From contig CAJINV010000005.1 of assembly GCA_905178155.1 (NCBI GenBank), forward strand, positions 8,872,449 to 8,936,448: a stretch of DNA of 64,000 bases, given 5' to 3'. The first letter of the stretch is position 1. Each line of letters begins with the position of its first letter. Source of the stretch: Amoebophrya sp. A120. Its lineage: Eukaryota > Protista > Dinoflagellata. Of the stretch, positions 26,089-38,698 are shown piece after piece. The position numbers were made by a program, and so were the translations under genes. The notes below the pieces were generated by a model that was given only the letters and a program-made list of their open reading frames with translations, was not told the DNA's origin and searched no databases.

Positions 26089-28088
26089 AGAGAGTCGTGG
26101 CGTTGGAGTGTAGAGCTCTGCGCTCGATAGGGACTCGTGTTGACGCAGGAGCGTATCATGTTCATGTTGCAGAAAATGAAAAAGAAATATGCTTTGGCGT
26201 CCTCCTACTAGAAATCACAGGAAGCAAAATTTATCATGCCGTATCTTCACGAAAATTGTTTGGCGTCGTTCATCACACTCTGCGTGTACTTTCGCATTCT
26301 TACAGCCACGCTACAAAAAGAAAAACAAAAAGCGTTTTTGCATCACAGAAGAAAAAGCGAACGCCAAAGCTGGGCGACGGATAGGCGGTCGCGGTTCATC
26401 GTCCTACGCAGAAGCGAGCACCTTTCCGTACAGGAAAATCAGTATCCTGTATCAAAAAGCTTGAGTCAGTCACTTCGTACACCTCATGTCCACAAAAATG
26501 CACTAAACAAGGGCGGACGTTCCTACTCCTAGAAGATGTCTTTCGATACAAAATAAACGCAACACGACACGCCCCCTACTCAGAAATGCAAAACGTCCTT
26601 ACCTCGAGCTTTTCTCAGGATACGGAAAACAAACGCGACGGAACCGAAGGCAATAAGCACTCTTCCTGGAATATCAAAAGAAAAAATCCCCCCTCCGCAT
26701 GTTAAAGTGGAAACCCTTAATGCGGCATTAGTGTACACAAATTTGTCTTGCAGTAGGGGACTGCACGAAGCAGATACTAAGCCTAAGCTCGGGTCTTGTA
26801 GTGCAGGCCCTTAGCATGGCAGAAGTCCGCCCTGCAGGTCTTACAGCATTGCAAATCGCCCGCATACCGTGGCGGAGTCTACTCTGGATTTTCCTTCATG
26901 CAAGACAGACAGGATTTGTGGTCTTCCCACATCGACACTCATCTGATGATGATGATGTTGGCAGTGTGCCCCTTAAGCGGACTGCTGCTTGCTACTCCCT
27001 CCTCCAGCCCGAGAGCAGCTGAACGCCGATCTTCTATGACGAACAGTTGATCTATACCTTAGGGGCGCGGCTGTTATGAGGCTAGGTTTTTTCGGACTTG
27101 GGTGTGGGCCACACTCACTCACACGTCGTTCAGGGGGGACCAAACACGCACACACTGTAGCATTTCTGCATGGGTGTAGGGCGAATCTGATCAGCAACCG
27201 AGCCGGGGCTATGAGCCTTGTTTTTTAGGTCCGGCGCGGAGAGTACTTAAACTCCACAACGGCTCGGTCACTGTAGCTCGAGCACCGGACCCACTGCGTA
27301 TGCCATGACGCAGCGCATACATGAACGACGTCCCACCGTCAGTGATTACTTCTAGACGAGCCTTGCCAGAAGAAGCACGCACCGACCTCCCAATCCGGCA
27401 CATGGATCCTTTCCCTGCTAAGTTTTTGATTGTAAAGTGAGACCAGGGAACGCCCCCCGGGGACGGCGCGACTCACCTGCCTACCTGCGCACTAGCGCCT
27501 AGCGCTATCGAGCGGCCCCCAAATCGTCGCCATTCGCCATTCGAGCTAAAGCAAGAGGGGGGGCGGGTGCTCCATACAAAGATACATGTAAAAGGTTACG
27601 CTTTTGCCACGCACGCGCCCACGCCGTGGGATCGTGCTTCATGCAACATGTGGCAGCTTCGCTCACTCAAGGATACCCGTAAGCACGCGGAAGTAGCTGG
27701 TGACGGCGCAGACAAGGAGAAACCTGGCGGCAAGGTCCCCCCTTGCGCCAGGGAGGAAATTGAGACGAGTAGGGGAAACGGGCGCGCCATGTGCGACAGC
27801 GCGCATTTTTTTTTTTTTTTTTTCGCTCCTGGGCCTTGCCCTTTGGGTTTTTCTCCTTCCCTCGTTCTTGGCGAACAGTGAGAACAACAGCGCCCGGCTG
27901 TTCGTTGGTCCCTGCCTTGTAGCTCCAGCTCAGGCGTTCTTTTTCTCTTTGAGTTTTTTCGTGTGTCGCGTCCTTTTTTACAGGCGAAGAAGAAGTAGTG
28001 CTTTTTCGTAAGAAGAAGCAATCCTCTTGGTTGTTTCGGAAGAGACGTTTTTTCGAAGTGGAAGAAGTAGTTATTGAAGTAGCTTGCT

Positions 28089-29429
28089 CTAGAATAGCGA
28101 CTTCCATGGTCCCCGTCTGAACTTCGACCCTGGTGAGTCGCGGAACATCGACCCTGGAATCCTTCTGGGACCCTCTTCCCGGCTCTCCTGCGTTTCTTGT
28201 GCTGCTTGCTGCTCCGGGGCTGGGTCGTTTCCTGGTGTTGCAGGCTCCGGGCTTCGGAGCTCACCCCAGTCCCCTGAGTTGCTCCGTGCTCGTTTGCGGC
28301 TTTTCCCAGTCCCTTTCGCACCTGGGGGCTGCGAGCTCGAGGACGATGAGCTGGATGCGCTAGGAGGATCCCCCTCTACTAGCCTGCTGAGGTATTTAGC
28401 GATCGCGTCCTCGTCGAGGCAGTCCCAGCCTAGTGGATGATATGCGTTCTTCATCGGCTGGTCTTTTCCGTTGGCCTGGTGCGCCTGCTCTTGCGCAGGG
28501 GGGCCCCCGCTTGCCTGTGCGCCGTGTGCGGCCGCTTCGCCCTGGTTTTGCGATTGTTCCTGCTCGCCTAGCAGTGCTGCCGTGAGGAATTCCGTTCGCT
28601 CGCGTCTGCTCATTTCCGGCCACTGTTGCACTGGTTCGAATTTGAAGGCATCCTCACCGTAGTCAAACACGGGCCAGTCAGCGTAACAGTCGTGGTCTGC
28701 TACATTCACTACTGTTAGCCCAGTGGAGATCGTGGGAGGCGCTTTGGCTGTCACCCACGATCTGTCTTCGTCCGCGTCATGCCTACACTGCTTGATTACC
28801 ACGTGGCCGAGCTTTTGCAACGCTTCGACTCTTTCTACCAGTGCGAGGACTATTCCTAAGCCCCTGCGCAATGGACCGCGTGTCTTGATCCAGAGCTTGC
28901 GGTAGTCCTCTAGCCGGAAGCACACGCTGGCTGTTTGTGGCCAGGATGCTATAGCGTCCATAAGCACTATCGCATTGTTGCAATATGCCGCGAAGCGCTG
29001 CGCTTCTTCTCTTTCCTCTGTTCCTAGGTGCGCGTCGCTGGTCTTAGCCGCTAGAACCGGAATACCTTTACCCATTTTCTCCATTTCGCAAGCTACTGTC
29101 GTGCCTATGTCGGTGTGGGCGAAGATAGAGACTGTCTTCGTGGTGCGTGCTTTCGCTTTTGGGTCGACAAGCTCCGAACGGTCTGGAACTATACCGCATG
29201 CGCGTAAGTCGGAAGAGCTTGGCAGGCGCGTGCTCGCCCCGTCGACAAGTGCTGTGGCCAGCGCTAGGTCCGCCCGGCGTCGGTTTTCGATCGCTGTAGT
29301 GTCTGCGTCGTTGACTCCAGCGAGGCCTTCGCCCAAAATACGCACCGGGAAAGTCGCCCATCTAACCAGTCCATCCATATCCGTAAGGATGTTCTTTTGG
29401 GAGAGTCCTCTCAGGATCTTCATCTGCAA
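28089..29429 (-). CDS. Intronless ~445-aa hypothetical ORF, possibly mobile-element derived
   Basis: Longest uninterrupted ORF in the window; ordered N-terminal part and S/P/Q-rich C-terminal part; no introner motifs inside. Confidence 0.55.
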   Translation of the reverse strand: MQMKILRGLSQKNILTDMDGLVRWATFPVRILGEGLAGVNDADTTAIENRRRADLALATALVDGASTRLPSSSDLRACGIVPDRSELVDPKAKARTTKTVSIFAHTDIGTTVACEMEKMGKGIPVLAAKTSDAHLGTEEREEAQRFAAYCNNAIVLMDAIASWPQTASVCFRLEDYRKLWIKTRGPLRRGLGIVLALVERVEALQKLGHVVIKQCRHDADEDRSWVTAKAPPTISTGLTVVNVADHDCYADWPVFDYGEDAFKFEPVQQWPEMSRRERTEFLTAALLGEQEQSQNQGEAAAHGAQASGGPPAQEQAHQANGKDQPMKNAYHPLGWDCLDEDAIAKYLSRLVEGDPPSASSSSSSSSQPPGAKGTGKSRKRARSNSGDWGELRSPEPATPGNDPAPEQQAAQETQESREEGPRRIPGSMFRDSPGSKFRRGPWKSLF

Positions 29430-30088
29430 GGATGTATATAAATTAAATTTTCAGAAGGATGCACTTTCGATAGGGAGGGGGGGGAATTTTTCCATACGAT
29501 ACCCTAAACCTTCTGCTTCCACCACGTGGTCCGTCAGCACACTCAGGATCACCGTGAGGCATGAGAATGAACAAGTTCCCCTCCCCCGGATTGCAAGGCA
29601 TTTACAGCAACAGTGAGACGAGCACGAAGCCCAGGCTTCTGGTCTAATCTGCATGACAAACTTCCACACGGAGGGAAGTCTCCACGGCTTTCCCCGATTC
29701 GTCATGCAACTACTGCAATGGACAAGAGAAAAAATACGAATCGCCGCGTTTTGTACTTTGCATCACAAACGGGGAAAGCGCCAGCTGTTCACGTTCATAC
29801 AACGAGAACGAAGCACGAAACTGGGAAAAAGCTGATGTGTTCCAGGAGCGCGTTCAAATTCTCGAGGAAAGTCCCGGCACCGGTGCTACTCCACGACTGG
29901 TACAGTTCCAGGGCTTATGCACGTACACAAGCGTCCCGTCAGTATACATTGCATGATAGCAACCAGCTGGGTGATCACCAGGACAACCTCGAATTATCAT
30001 GCAAGCTCAGTCGGCAAAGAAAGATCTGGCATGCAAGATTGCAATGTATACAGGAGTGCGAGACTTTTGCACAGGATACTGCTTCTGT

Positions 30089-30355
30089 TATGCATTGCAA
30101 ACATGTCTGAAATTGGAAGAGTTCGACGAGTCTGTCATGCCAAATCTGAATCGTGCAAAAAATCTGTGTTGCATCAAACCGCCAAAGCTGCTCATTTCTT
30201 GCCACACATCAAAAGGCAAGTCTCTCATGCGGAAGAGAAATTATAGAAGCTTTTTCAAAATTTGTCTTGCTTACAGTCCACCTGTGTAATCCACGATATG
30301 CATGACAAACCTTGCAATCTTCGTCTTCCAGACCCAGAGATATGTGCATCCGATA
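30089..30355. mobile_element. Introner, family A (a family B-like element ends at 30078, 10 nt to its left)
   Basis: tatgcattgcaaacatgtctg / ttccagacccagagatatgtgcatccgata. Confidence 0.75.
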
Positions 30356-30851
30356 CCTATCAGGTGTACACAATTCCCCACTCTCCTTGTTCTTACAACT
30401 CCTGTGTTGCGGCCAGCAGCTCCCGAAGGTATTCGTGTTCTTGCCTTCGCTGATATGAATTTGAGCTTGATTGTGATTTAAATTTTTTCTTAAAAAAAAA
30501 AACGCAAATGCCTTCGCTGTGCTCTGATGAAGCTAAAGCCTTGCTTAGCTGCTATCTGGTTTTTATTGCACAAGGAAAGTGAGACGTTGTCACGCACGAT
30601 ATTCGTCACAGCGAGGTACACTGACACCGTACTGGTTTATCCTGCAGAAAATTACTAGCGGACGAAGATCATGCAAAAAGTATTCAACATCGCAGCATGG
30701 TCAAGACGTATTTTATTTCGCAGAATTTCTCCTGTCTATTTAGCGTCCATCTGCAACACAAATGGGGTACTATAGTCGGAAGTATTCAATATTTTTTCTG
30801 TAGGATAATGTTATAAGCGAGACCGACGCCATAAGGAGGAGCTGTGTGGTC

Positions 30852-31164
30852 TACCCTGTTTAAAAACGTCCCCACGCCGGAGTCAGGGTGCGACTTTCTG
30901 ACGTTTTTCTACAGACCCTTACTTAATCTTTGACCGCTGCGCATGACAAGTTTGGGCTCGTAGCGTACTGAGGATTAGCTAGAAAAGCCGCATCACAAAT
31001 CGATATATATCACGCTGATTCTAGCATCACAAAGTCGAACTTCCAGACAGCATTACAAAACGCTCCTCATGGAGCTCCTGCGCATGAGACGCATTTCTTT
31101 AGACTCACTTAGACATGCCATTTTGCATGACAACTCTTGGGTGGGGGCGTTTTTACACGGGATA
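30852..31164. mobile_element. Introner, family D (TIR TA.CC.GT.TAAAAACG.CCC)
   Basis: taccctgtttaaaaacgtccc / ggggcgtttttacacgggata; perfect DR tggtc. Confidence 0.88.
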
Positions 31165-31194
31165 TGGTCAGAGGGTAGTTTCTCTCTAGCTGGT

Positions 31195-31490
31195 TATGCA
31201 TTGCAAACACGTCTGGGTCTGGAAGATGGATTGCCAAATTTGTCATGCTTGTCTGACAAGACTCGAGATTCTGTGTCTGTTCTCGATGGGCGCAAATGAC
31301 TGAGTGAAAAGATCCGGCTGCTTGTCATGCAAAAACGCAGCTTGCCATTCGTAGTCGAAACGCAAGACGAAGTAGCCCGGAAATTTGTAATGCGTGGCTG
31401 CGTATGGCTGCGCAGCGCACCTACCATTTGCATTCAGATTCACTTTCTAGCATTACAACTTTCCAGACGCTGACGTATTTTCAGTCGATA
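31195..31490. mobile_element. Introner, family A, degenerate
   Basis: tatgcattgcaaacacgtctgggtctggaa / ttccagacgctgacgtattttcagtcgata. Confidence 0.75.
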
Positions 31491-32707
31491 CCACGACGCC
31501 ATTTTGGTTTTCTCTTCCTCTTCGATTTTTATTATAGGGAAAGGCGTATCCCGAAAACCATATTCAGCATTACCTTGTTTGACAAACACGTAAGCACGTA
31601 CAGGTTGTAAGAGATGGCGTCATAAATGCCAGAAAACCAAGGCTCGTCGTCACGAGCAAATTGCGAAAGCGGATTGGGATTTTTGTTTATCTTTATTCTT
31701 TCCTCTGTTAGAAACACACAGTCTTGCGAAAAATTTAATATGGCATGACAAACTGCACCTTTCCCTATGATAGTTGCACTGGTAGCGTCGGAGTGTTTGT
31801 TCGTCTTTTTCCGGTTCCGGGTAGAAGCTGCGACTTGTTCGTTCGGCCCGTCCTGCCCTCTCGGCGTAAAAAACGGCGAGGCGGGGATGAGCTGCGTCTC
31901 GTTGTCGAGCTTGAGTTTGTACGTGTTATCTCCACTGGAATTCGCCATTGCGAATGCGTCCTCCATGATCTTCCACTGCTCGTCGTGGGCGTCCCTCGCT
32001 TCTTGCGTGTATGGTACTTATTGAGAGGAAAAATCCCCCCTCCCCATATTGAAAAGGTACGCTTCCAAAAATTTGCGTTGCGGATTTGCGGCCACAAATC
32101 ACATCCGTCTTGCAAGAAGACAAGGGCAGAAGCTTCCGCCCCATTATGGAATCGATTTGTCATGCTGTTGGGCCTAAAGGGGGGCCGTTTGCCATGCTGA
32201 ACTACTAGACCCATACGCCCCTACCAAACCTGGGGATCTGGCCGCAGTGCCTCTCTGCAATACAAAGCTGGTTTGTGGTCACAAATCAGCATCACAAATT
32301 TCCGTTTTGATATGGGGAGGGGGGATTTTTCATTTTGATAGTACTTTTTTGCTATTCTCCCAGGATTTTTTCTGGCCCCTCAGCTTCTGTTTCAAGTCCT
32401 TTAGCTCCTCGAGCGTGCCCTCGTTAGGGATTGTCACCAGCGAGTTCCTCGGGCGTCCGTTATTTTCAACTTCCTCCTTCTTCTCCTCTTCTTGTTCTTC
32501 CGATTCCGGTTCTTTATTTTTTTTCATTTTCGCCTTCATTTTGTTCGCGGCTGCGGACGAAGAAGTAGAAGAAGCAGCAGCGGCTGGCGCCGACTTTTTC
32601 GCAGTGCTTTTCATGCTCCTGCTGCTACCGCTGGAGGAGACGGCCAGCTTTTTCATGGCCTTGACCATTGATTTCATTTTTCCGTGAATGGGGCAACACG
32701 GCTCCAC
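31491..32707 (-). CDS. 5' part of a K/E/S-rich hypothetical protein, probably continuing leftwards through further introners
   Basis: MKSMVKAMKK...WENSKKV|PYTQEARDAHDEQWKIMEDAF...DATSAT|EEEEKTKMASW joins in frame after removing 32019-32340 and 31530-31772, each plus 5 nt. Confidence 0.65.
31530..31772. mobile_element. Introner, family J (TIR TAT.ATAGGGAAAGG)
   Basis: tattatagggaaagg / cctttccctatgata; flanks atttt/gttgc are diverged but frame is restored. Confidence 0.75.
32019..32340. mobile_element. Introner, family C
   Basis: gaaaaatcccccctccccatat / atatggggagggggattttc-type TIR; perfect DR gtact. Confidence 0.92.
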
Positions 32708-33369
32708 ACGCTCACGCTCGTGCTCGTCCTCTAGGATGAAAGAACTAAAAACTTGCTATTTATTCCCCCTTCCAACGCACAACAGCTTTTTGGTGCAACA
32801 CAATGGGAGCTGAATCCGTGTGCACAGTCAGGGTCGTGATCGTGTTGCTGTTGCCAACTCATACTTATTAATTATGGGTGGTAGTAAAATACTGCAATGT
32901 CTGGAAATTATCTTTCGGAGGTAAGAAGGGGCCGCGTCGTATATTTTCATGGTAATTAAGGCGTCAACATGTTTTTTTGGGGTGGGGCTAACCAAGAGTG
33001 TACTCAACAAAGCAAAGATGGCGACAGATAACGCAGACGCCACACAAATCTCTCCTCTTGCTTGCAATAAGGAAACTGTTTAATCCTTTTCATCTCCCCG
33101 CAAACACTAAAACAGAAAACGCTCATAAATGGCTCAAGCACTGACGTGTCAAAACAATAACAGTTAAGCCTCTCGCGCGTTTCCTGCCGTAAGTATCTAT
33201 AGCACATGGATTCCCGCCCCTTGAGATATCATCTGTTGAACACTTGCATCTTCACCCGGAAAGGTTCTTTATCTTTTCCGCCCCCTTTTTGACCATATAA
33301 AAACAGCACAAGCTTCGAGGCGAGAAATTACTATGGTGTGGGCTGCTTAGTACAGAAGCGCGGGCGGGC

Positions 33370-33880
33370 GCCAGGAAGAAACCTTCACCAAGGGCACAGC
33401 AGTGGGGCCTATCCCCCCCGTGCGAAACAGGCCGGCGCGGTGGCCTTCCGAAATATATCCCCGGGGGCTCCGGGATATATAAACCGCCACCACGGGCACA
33501 ACAGTCGGGCCCCTCCCCGCGCGAAACAGGCTGGGGCGGTGGCTTTCGTAGGTTTATCCCGGGCCGCCCTGGGATAAACTTCCACCACGGGCACAGCTGT
33601 GGGCTTTATCCCCGCCCAAAACAGGCTGGGCGGATGACTGTCGTAAGCTTAGCCCGAGCCGTCCTGGGATAAACCTCCACCACGGGCACAGGAGTGGGGT
33701 TTATCCCCGCGCGAAACAGGCTGGGGCGGTGGCTTTCGTAGGTTTATCCCCGGCCGCCCTGGGATAAACTTCCACCACGGGCACGGCAGTGGGCTTTATC
33801 CCCGCCCCAAACAGGCTGGGAGGATGACTGTCGTAGGTTTATCCCGAGCCGTCCTGGGATAAACCTCCACCACGGGCACA
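33370..33880. repeat. Palindromic tandem repeat, ~118-bp unit, running into an assembly gap
   Basis: Repeated gtttatccc...gggataaac.tccaccacgggcac...tttatccccgc...aaacaggctggg. Confidence 0.9.
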
Positions 33881-33980
33881 NNNNNNNNNNNNNNNNNNNN
33901 NNNNNNNNNNNNNNNNNNNNNNNNNNNNNNNNNNNNNNNNNNNNNNNNNNNNNNNNNNNNNNNNNNNNNNNNNNNNNNNN
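33881..33980. other. Assembly gap
   Basis: 100 N. Confidence 1.
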
Positions 33981-35944
33981 GGACATGGTCCGAATCACGC
34001 ACCTAGAAATCACGCACCTAGAATCACGCACCCATCGCACGCACCCAAAAGGTGCGTGCTGTGGGTGCGCGCGCGCCAGGTGCGCCGAGGTGAGGCCAGG
34101 CGCGCTGCCCGGTGCGGTGCGTCGAGGTGTGGCGCGCGCGGACGACGCCGGGCGGGATTTCCAGCTTGCTAGGCCAGAGCAGACAGGCTAGGCCGCACGG
34201 CAGCGCGCCCGCGCGAGTGCGCTCGCCCCGCGCCCTTGAGGAACTTGACAGGGCCTCGGCCGGGCACGGCCTCGAGCGACCGGCGGGCCCCCCCTGGAGG
34301 AACTTGACGGGCGGAGGCTTCCGCGCGCTACCTTGCTGGCTCGAGCCCCGCCGGGCCCGGCCCATCGCCCCGGCAATCGCCTCCCGCGCGGCTGGGCTCC
34401 GCCAGCCCCGAGGGGCCGGCCGAGAAGCGGGCGGAGTCCCGCCCCCCCCAACGTCGAGTGAGGCGGGCGCCACAGCCCACCGCCGCCCGCAAGCCCGGGC
34501 CGCGGGCTGATGGTCGCGCGTCGGTTCGTCGCGGGCCGGGCAGCATGCGGGCCCGGGAGCGAGTTGGCAGGCTGGCTGGCTCCCGAGGCGAGAGCGGGCG
34601 CGCTCGCAGGCAGAGAGAAGGCAGCGGCGCGGGGACGGGCGCGGCGCCCGGCAATCGCATCGCCAGGGCCCGCCCGCGTATGCTTTCCCGGCCGCGCCGA
34701 CCCTTGCAGGGCAGCAGCGTGCGCCCCGAAGGCCCCCCGACATAGGCTCGCGCTCCTGGCCGGGCAGGCGCCACCTGCCGGCCACTTACACACGCCGGGG
34801 CGCGCAGACCCATGGCGCCACGTGCTCACGCGCTTCTTATTTTCATGCCCCCCCGCGCTGGCCCGCCAGTCTAGGCGCGGGGTTACGCGCCACGGAAAGC
34901 AGTGGCGACCCCTTGCTGCATCTACGAAAAGCGACTCCCGGTCGGCGCTCCACCACCTACAAAAAAACACCTATGACCACGAAACAGCGCCCCAAAAAAC
35001 AGATATCAACATACAGAACTGCGCGCCGCCCGAACCAACGACGACGACCTAAGGCGGAAAACGAAACGCCATGCAAATCAAATCCATCTCCATGCCAAGT
35101 CTGTGTCTCTCACCTTGTTTTATCTGCCGCACGCAGCAGATGCTAAAAGTGCAGCAGTTTGCATTGCGTTTACATTTTGTCAGAGCGAATTCTGACACGA
35201 GCGAATTCTGACACTAGATCGCTCGAACTAAGAAAGAGAAAAAGGGAAGAAACCAACGACCCGATGTATCCACAGGTAAAAATCTAGGAGCACAACCAAA
35301 GATAGCACTGCCAGTCAGCCAGATAGTATTTTGTAGCAAGCGTTAGCTACTTTCGCGTTCTTTTTTTGATAGCTAGAAAACAAAAAATCTCCTACCAAGG
35401 CATAGTGGATAGTTTATTCCTTCTTTTCCAAATTCGTTCGGATGCCACTTTGCGTTCTTTGAGAAACAAAAGTTTAGATGTCATCTTGCTTGCATGATTT
35501 GAAAACCGAAAATTACAACTTGCGTCTATGAATGCGCAGGAGGCCGTTTGTGTACAGATATAAATATGAATCTACGTCGCACGTACTTCCAGAAGTTTTT
35601 CCTCGTAAGCATCGCTCTTCTGCGTGCCTGGCTATGTGTCTCGTCTTTCCTTTCATTCTGAGCATCGACATGAATTCCGACGATGCTTCATTCATTCATA
35701 ACTTATCTTTTTTACGGATGTAGATAGAGATACTCACTCACTCACTGATGTGTATCCGGGAGAATGAAGCGTGACCCTTATAAATATATTGCGAACAAAT
35801 GCGACCCCTCGTTGGTGTGTGTGCACTTCCTTCACCTTCGTGTTCGTTGGTGCGGCGAGCAGGAACCTGTTGTAAGTTCAGTAGTTAAGAGTAATTATAA
35901 TTTGCAATAGTGTCCCTCGGAAGATCTACGACTTGAAAAAGTGT

Positions 35945-36845
35945 ACTGCTGTGACTGCTTGGAATTGCGACTGCTCTACGGCGTCGGCAGCCGCGGCGAG
36001 TGTGTCAGTCAGCGCGATTTACTCCTGCAAGTGTGACAAGCTCCTCTAGCATGCCCAGGACATGCCTGAAGTGCTCGGAACAAGCGCAATCAGTCCGCGC
36101 ATCACTCGACTTTGAAACTCTCACACACCAACATGACGCGCATGCATTATGGGCCTGGCATCATGAAGATGAAAAGGCACGCGGCGATTTTATTTTTCCT
36201 GTCATTTACATTCAGCCGCAGCAAAATAAATATCAAAGGCAACAAAATACCCATACCGCAGGTGCCTCGACGTCTGGTGGTCGATCATAATGTTGATGTA
36301 AAAACCGATATTGTAATCCTTGAAGGTCGGGTGGGGCTGCTTGAAATCTATGTCGTTGATATACCTGTAACATTGCAGAGCTTCGTATGTTCAAACTTTC
36401 CTACTGTGACTGCTTGATGGAATTGCGACTGCTCTACGGCGTCGGCAGCCGCGGCGAGTGTGTCAGTCAGCGCGATTTACTACTGCAAGTGTGCCAAGCT
36501 CCTCTAGCATGCCCAGGGCATGCCTGAAGTGCCCGGAACAAGAGCAATCAACTCGCGCATCACTCGAGTTTGAACTTTTCACACATCAAGGCGACGTAAC
36601 GAAGATGAAAGATGCGCGCCGCTTTTATTTTTTTTTTTCCTGTCATAGTCATTTACATTCAGCTGTAGAACAATAAATATTAAAGCGGCCAGCAAAATGC
36701 CCATACCGCAGCTGCTTCTTCTGGTGGTCGATCATAATGCTCCTGACACACAACCGTATATCGTAGTCCTTGAAGTTCGGGCGGGGCTACTTGAAATCTA
36801 TGTTGTTGATATACCTGCAACGTTGCAGAGTTTCGTATTTTCAAG
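35945..36845. repeat. Tandem duplication, ~460-bp unit, two diverged copies
   Basis: ggaattgcgactgctctacggcgtcggcagccgcggcgagtgtgtcagtc at ~35961 and ~36419; gaaatctatgt.gttgatatacctg at ~36343 and ~36793. Confidence 0.9.
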
Positions 36846-37429
36846 TTTGCATTTATGAAAAAACACAGGCTCAATACGAGGTCACTGCTTTGTGATGCAT
36901 GCAAAACGCGATCTGGTCAAAATTGATGAACAACGTGCCGCGTCAAATTGCGAAGTGATGAACTCCAAGACACGTGCAATCTGGTCAAATTGCGCACTCA
37001 AAGAAACCAGTACCATCAGACGCCACATCATTGGTTTTAACGAACGGAGCAGCGAGAATCTGGGAAGGGGGCGTTCATATCAGGCACATGTATTTCTGGA
37101 TCTGGGAGGTAGAAGCGAAGTCGTGCTATAATCTGTGTTGCGTGAACCATTATTCGTGCTTGCTGAAGCGCGTGTTCCATACCTGATTGAGTTTGACAGA
37201 ACCACGCAACTATCTGCACCGTGTATTTTCAAAATCGTCGCGCGCGGTGCCTAGCTCGACTAATGTACTAGGGGGGATCATCACACGGCGGAGTGGGTAT
37301 GGGCGCCGCAAGTGCTTCGCGGCTTCCCAAGCTCTAACGCTTTCTCTTGGGGTTGTTAGGAGTCCCCCCGACGAGGTAGGGTGTGCGGCAGCTTGCGCCG
37401 CGACAAAGCAGGATGTCCTGCTCAGCCCT

Positions 37430-38532
37430 GCACTCCGGTTCGGGGGTCGCTTCGCCCGGGGCAAGCGACCCTCTCCCCGGGCTCGGACCGGGTTTGAGGG
37501 TCGGTTGGCCCGGGGCCAGCGACCCTCCTGCCGAGTCCGGACCGGGTTCGAGGGTCGGTTGGCCCGGGACAAGGGACCCTCTCCCCGGGTCCGGACCGGG
37601 CTCGAGGGTAGATTGGCCCCGAACCGGAGCCCTCTCGCCGGGTCCTAGCATTTTGGATTCAACCCGAGCGAAACCCATGGGGATTCAGTCCGAGCGCTCA
37701 TTTCTAGACCGGGCGACATGGTGGTTTTCCTTGCGCGCAAGCAAGGGACGCCTTGGCATTGCCCTTAAGACAGAGGCGTCGCGCCGCGTTCGTACCTAGA
37801 CACGATGGCGCGCGCCATTTTTCTGGATCTTTGCTGGCAGTTAGTTCTGTTTGGGCGGTCGCCGTCTCGCGACGCTACTACGCCGCGGGGCTAGAACTAA
37901 GACAGTGACCAGCTGTGACAGGGAGCAGCATTTTTCTGGCTCTTTGGAGCCCTCCTATTTTTCTGTTCGTTCCGAGAGCCTGAAAGAGAGTTTGTGGCGG
38001 TCCCTCGACACTGCGATGTCGAGGGCCCGTCACGTGCGAGCACATCTCGTAACCGCGGCGCCGATCCCGGGGTGAGGTCCGGGCTATGACCCTCGCCGGA
38101 CGGGGCGCGGCGCCGCAGCAAAAGAGGATGCTGGTGCCGGCCGGACAACTCCCTCCCCACCGAACTCGGCCCGCGTACCACCCACGCGGGAACGCCGCAC
38201 CACGAGGCGCCGCCGCTCTCGTCGGGCCAGCCACATTCATCATCGCCGAGTAGTAGTAACTAAGACATCCGCCTCCGCAGCCTCGTCGCAGTCACGGCGT
38301 GCGCCCGTCACGCCATGACCTTCGCGACCCCACCGCCGGCTACTAGCGGCCAGCTACCTCCCGCTAATCCTCCACTGACCCGGTAGGAGCGAGGGTCGCT
38401 TGCCTCGAACGCGGTCCGGGCCCGGCAGGAGGGTCGCTTGCCCCGGGCCAGCCGGCCCTTGAAATGAACCCGGTCCAGGACCGGCGGAGAGGGTCGTTTG
38501 CCCCGGGCGAAGCGACTCGGTCCGGACCCGGC
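37430..38532. repeat. GC-rich ~59-bp tandem repeats (37430-37645) with inverted copies (38375-38532)
   Basis: cccggggcaagcgaccctc on the left, gagggtcgcttgccccggg on the right. Confidence 0.7.
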
Positions 38533-38698
38533 ATGAGGTTAAGACTTCAAAGCCTCAGGCTAAGGCTTCAAAGCCTTAAATTGCTACTCTCTTTCGACGC
38601 GACCGCCATTCCCCCTCAGCATAATGTGGCCAGTGCGTGCAAATAAGATCATTAATAGGGAGAAGATAAGCCTGTACCTGTGCTGGCGCCTGCATACT

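Noticed and set aside
27540-27575. Polypurine run followed by TG, a possible LTR polypurine tract
   Set aside because: No paired LTR, primer-binding site or gag/pol motifs found.
33370-33880. GGTTTATCCCCGC / GGGATAAACC resembles part of the E. coli type I-E CRISPR repeat
   Set aside because: The intervening sequences are themselves repeated rather than unique spacers, there are no cas genes, and the context is eukaryotic. It is a satellite.
34024-35052. Overlapping 130-260 aa ORFs
   Set aside because: Stop-poor because of extreme GC content; R/A/P/G-rich in all frames.
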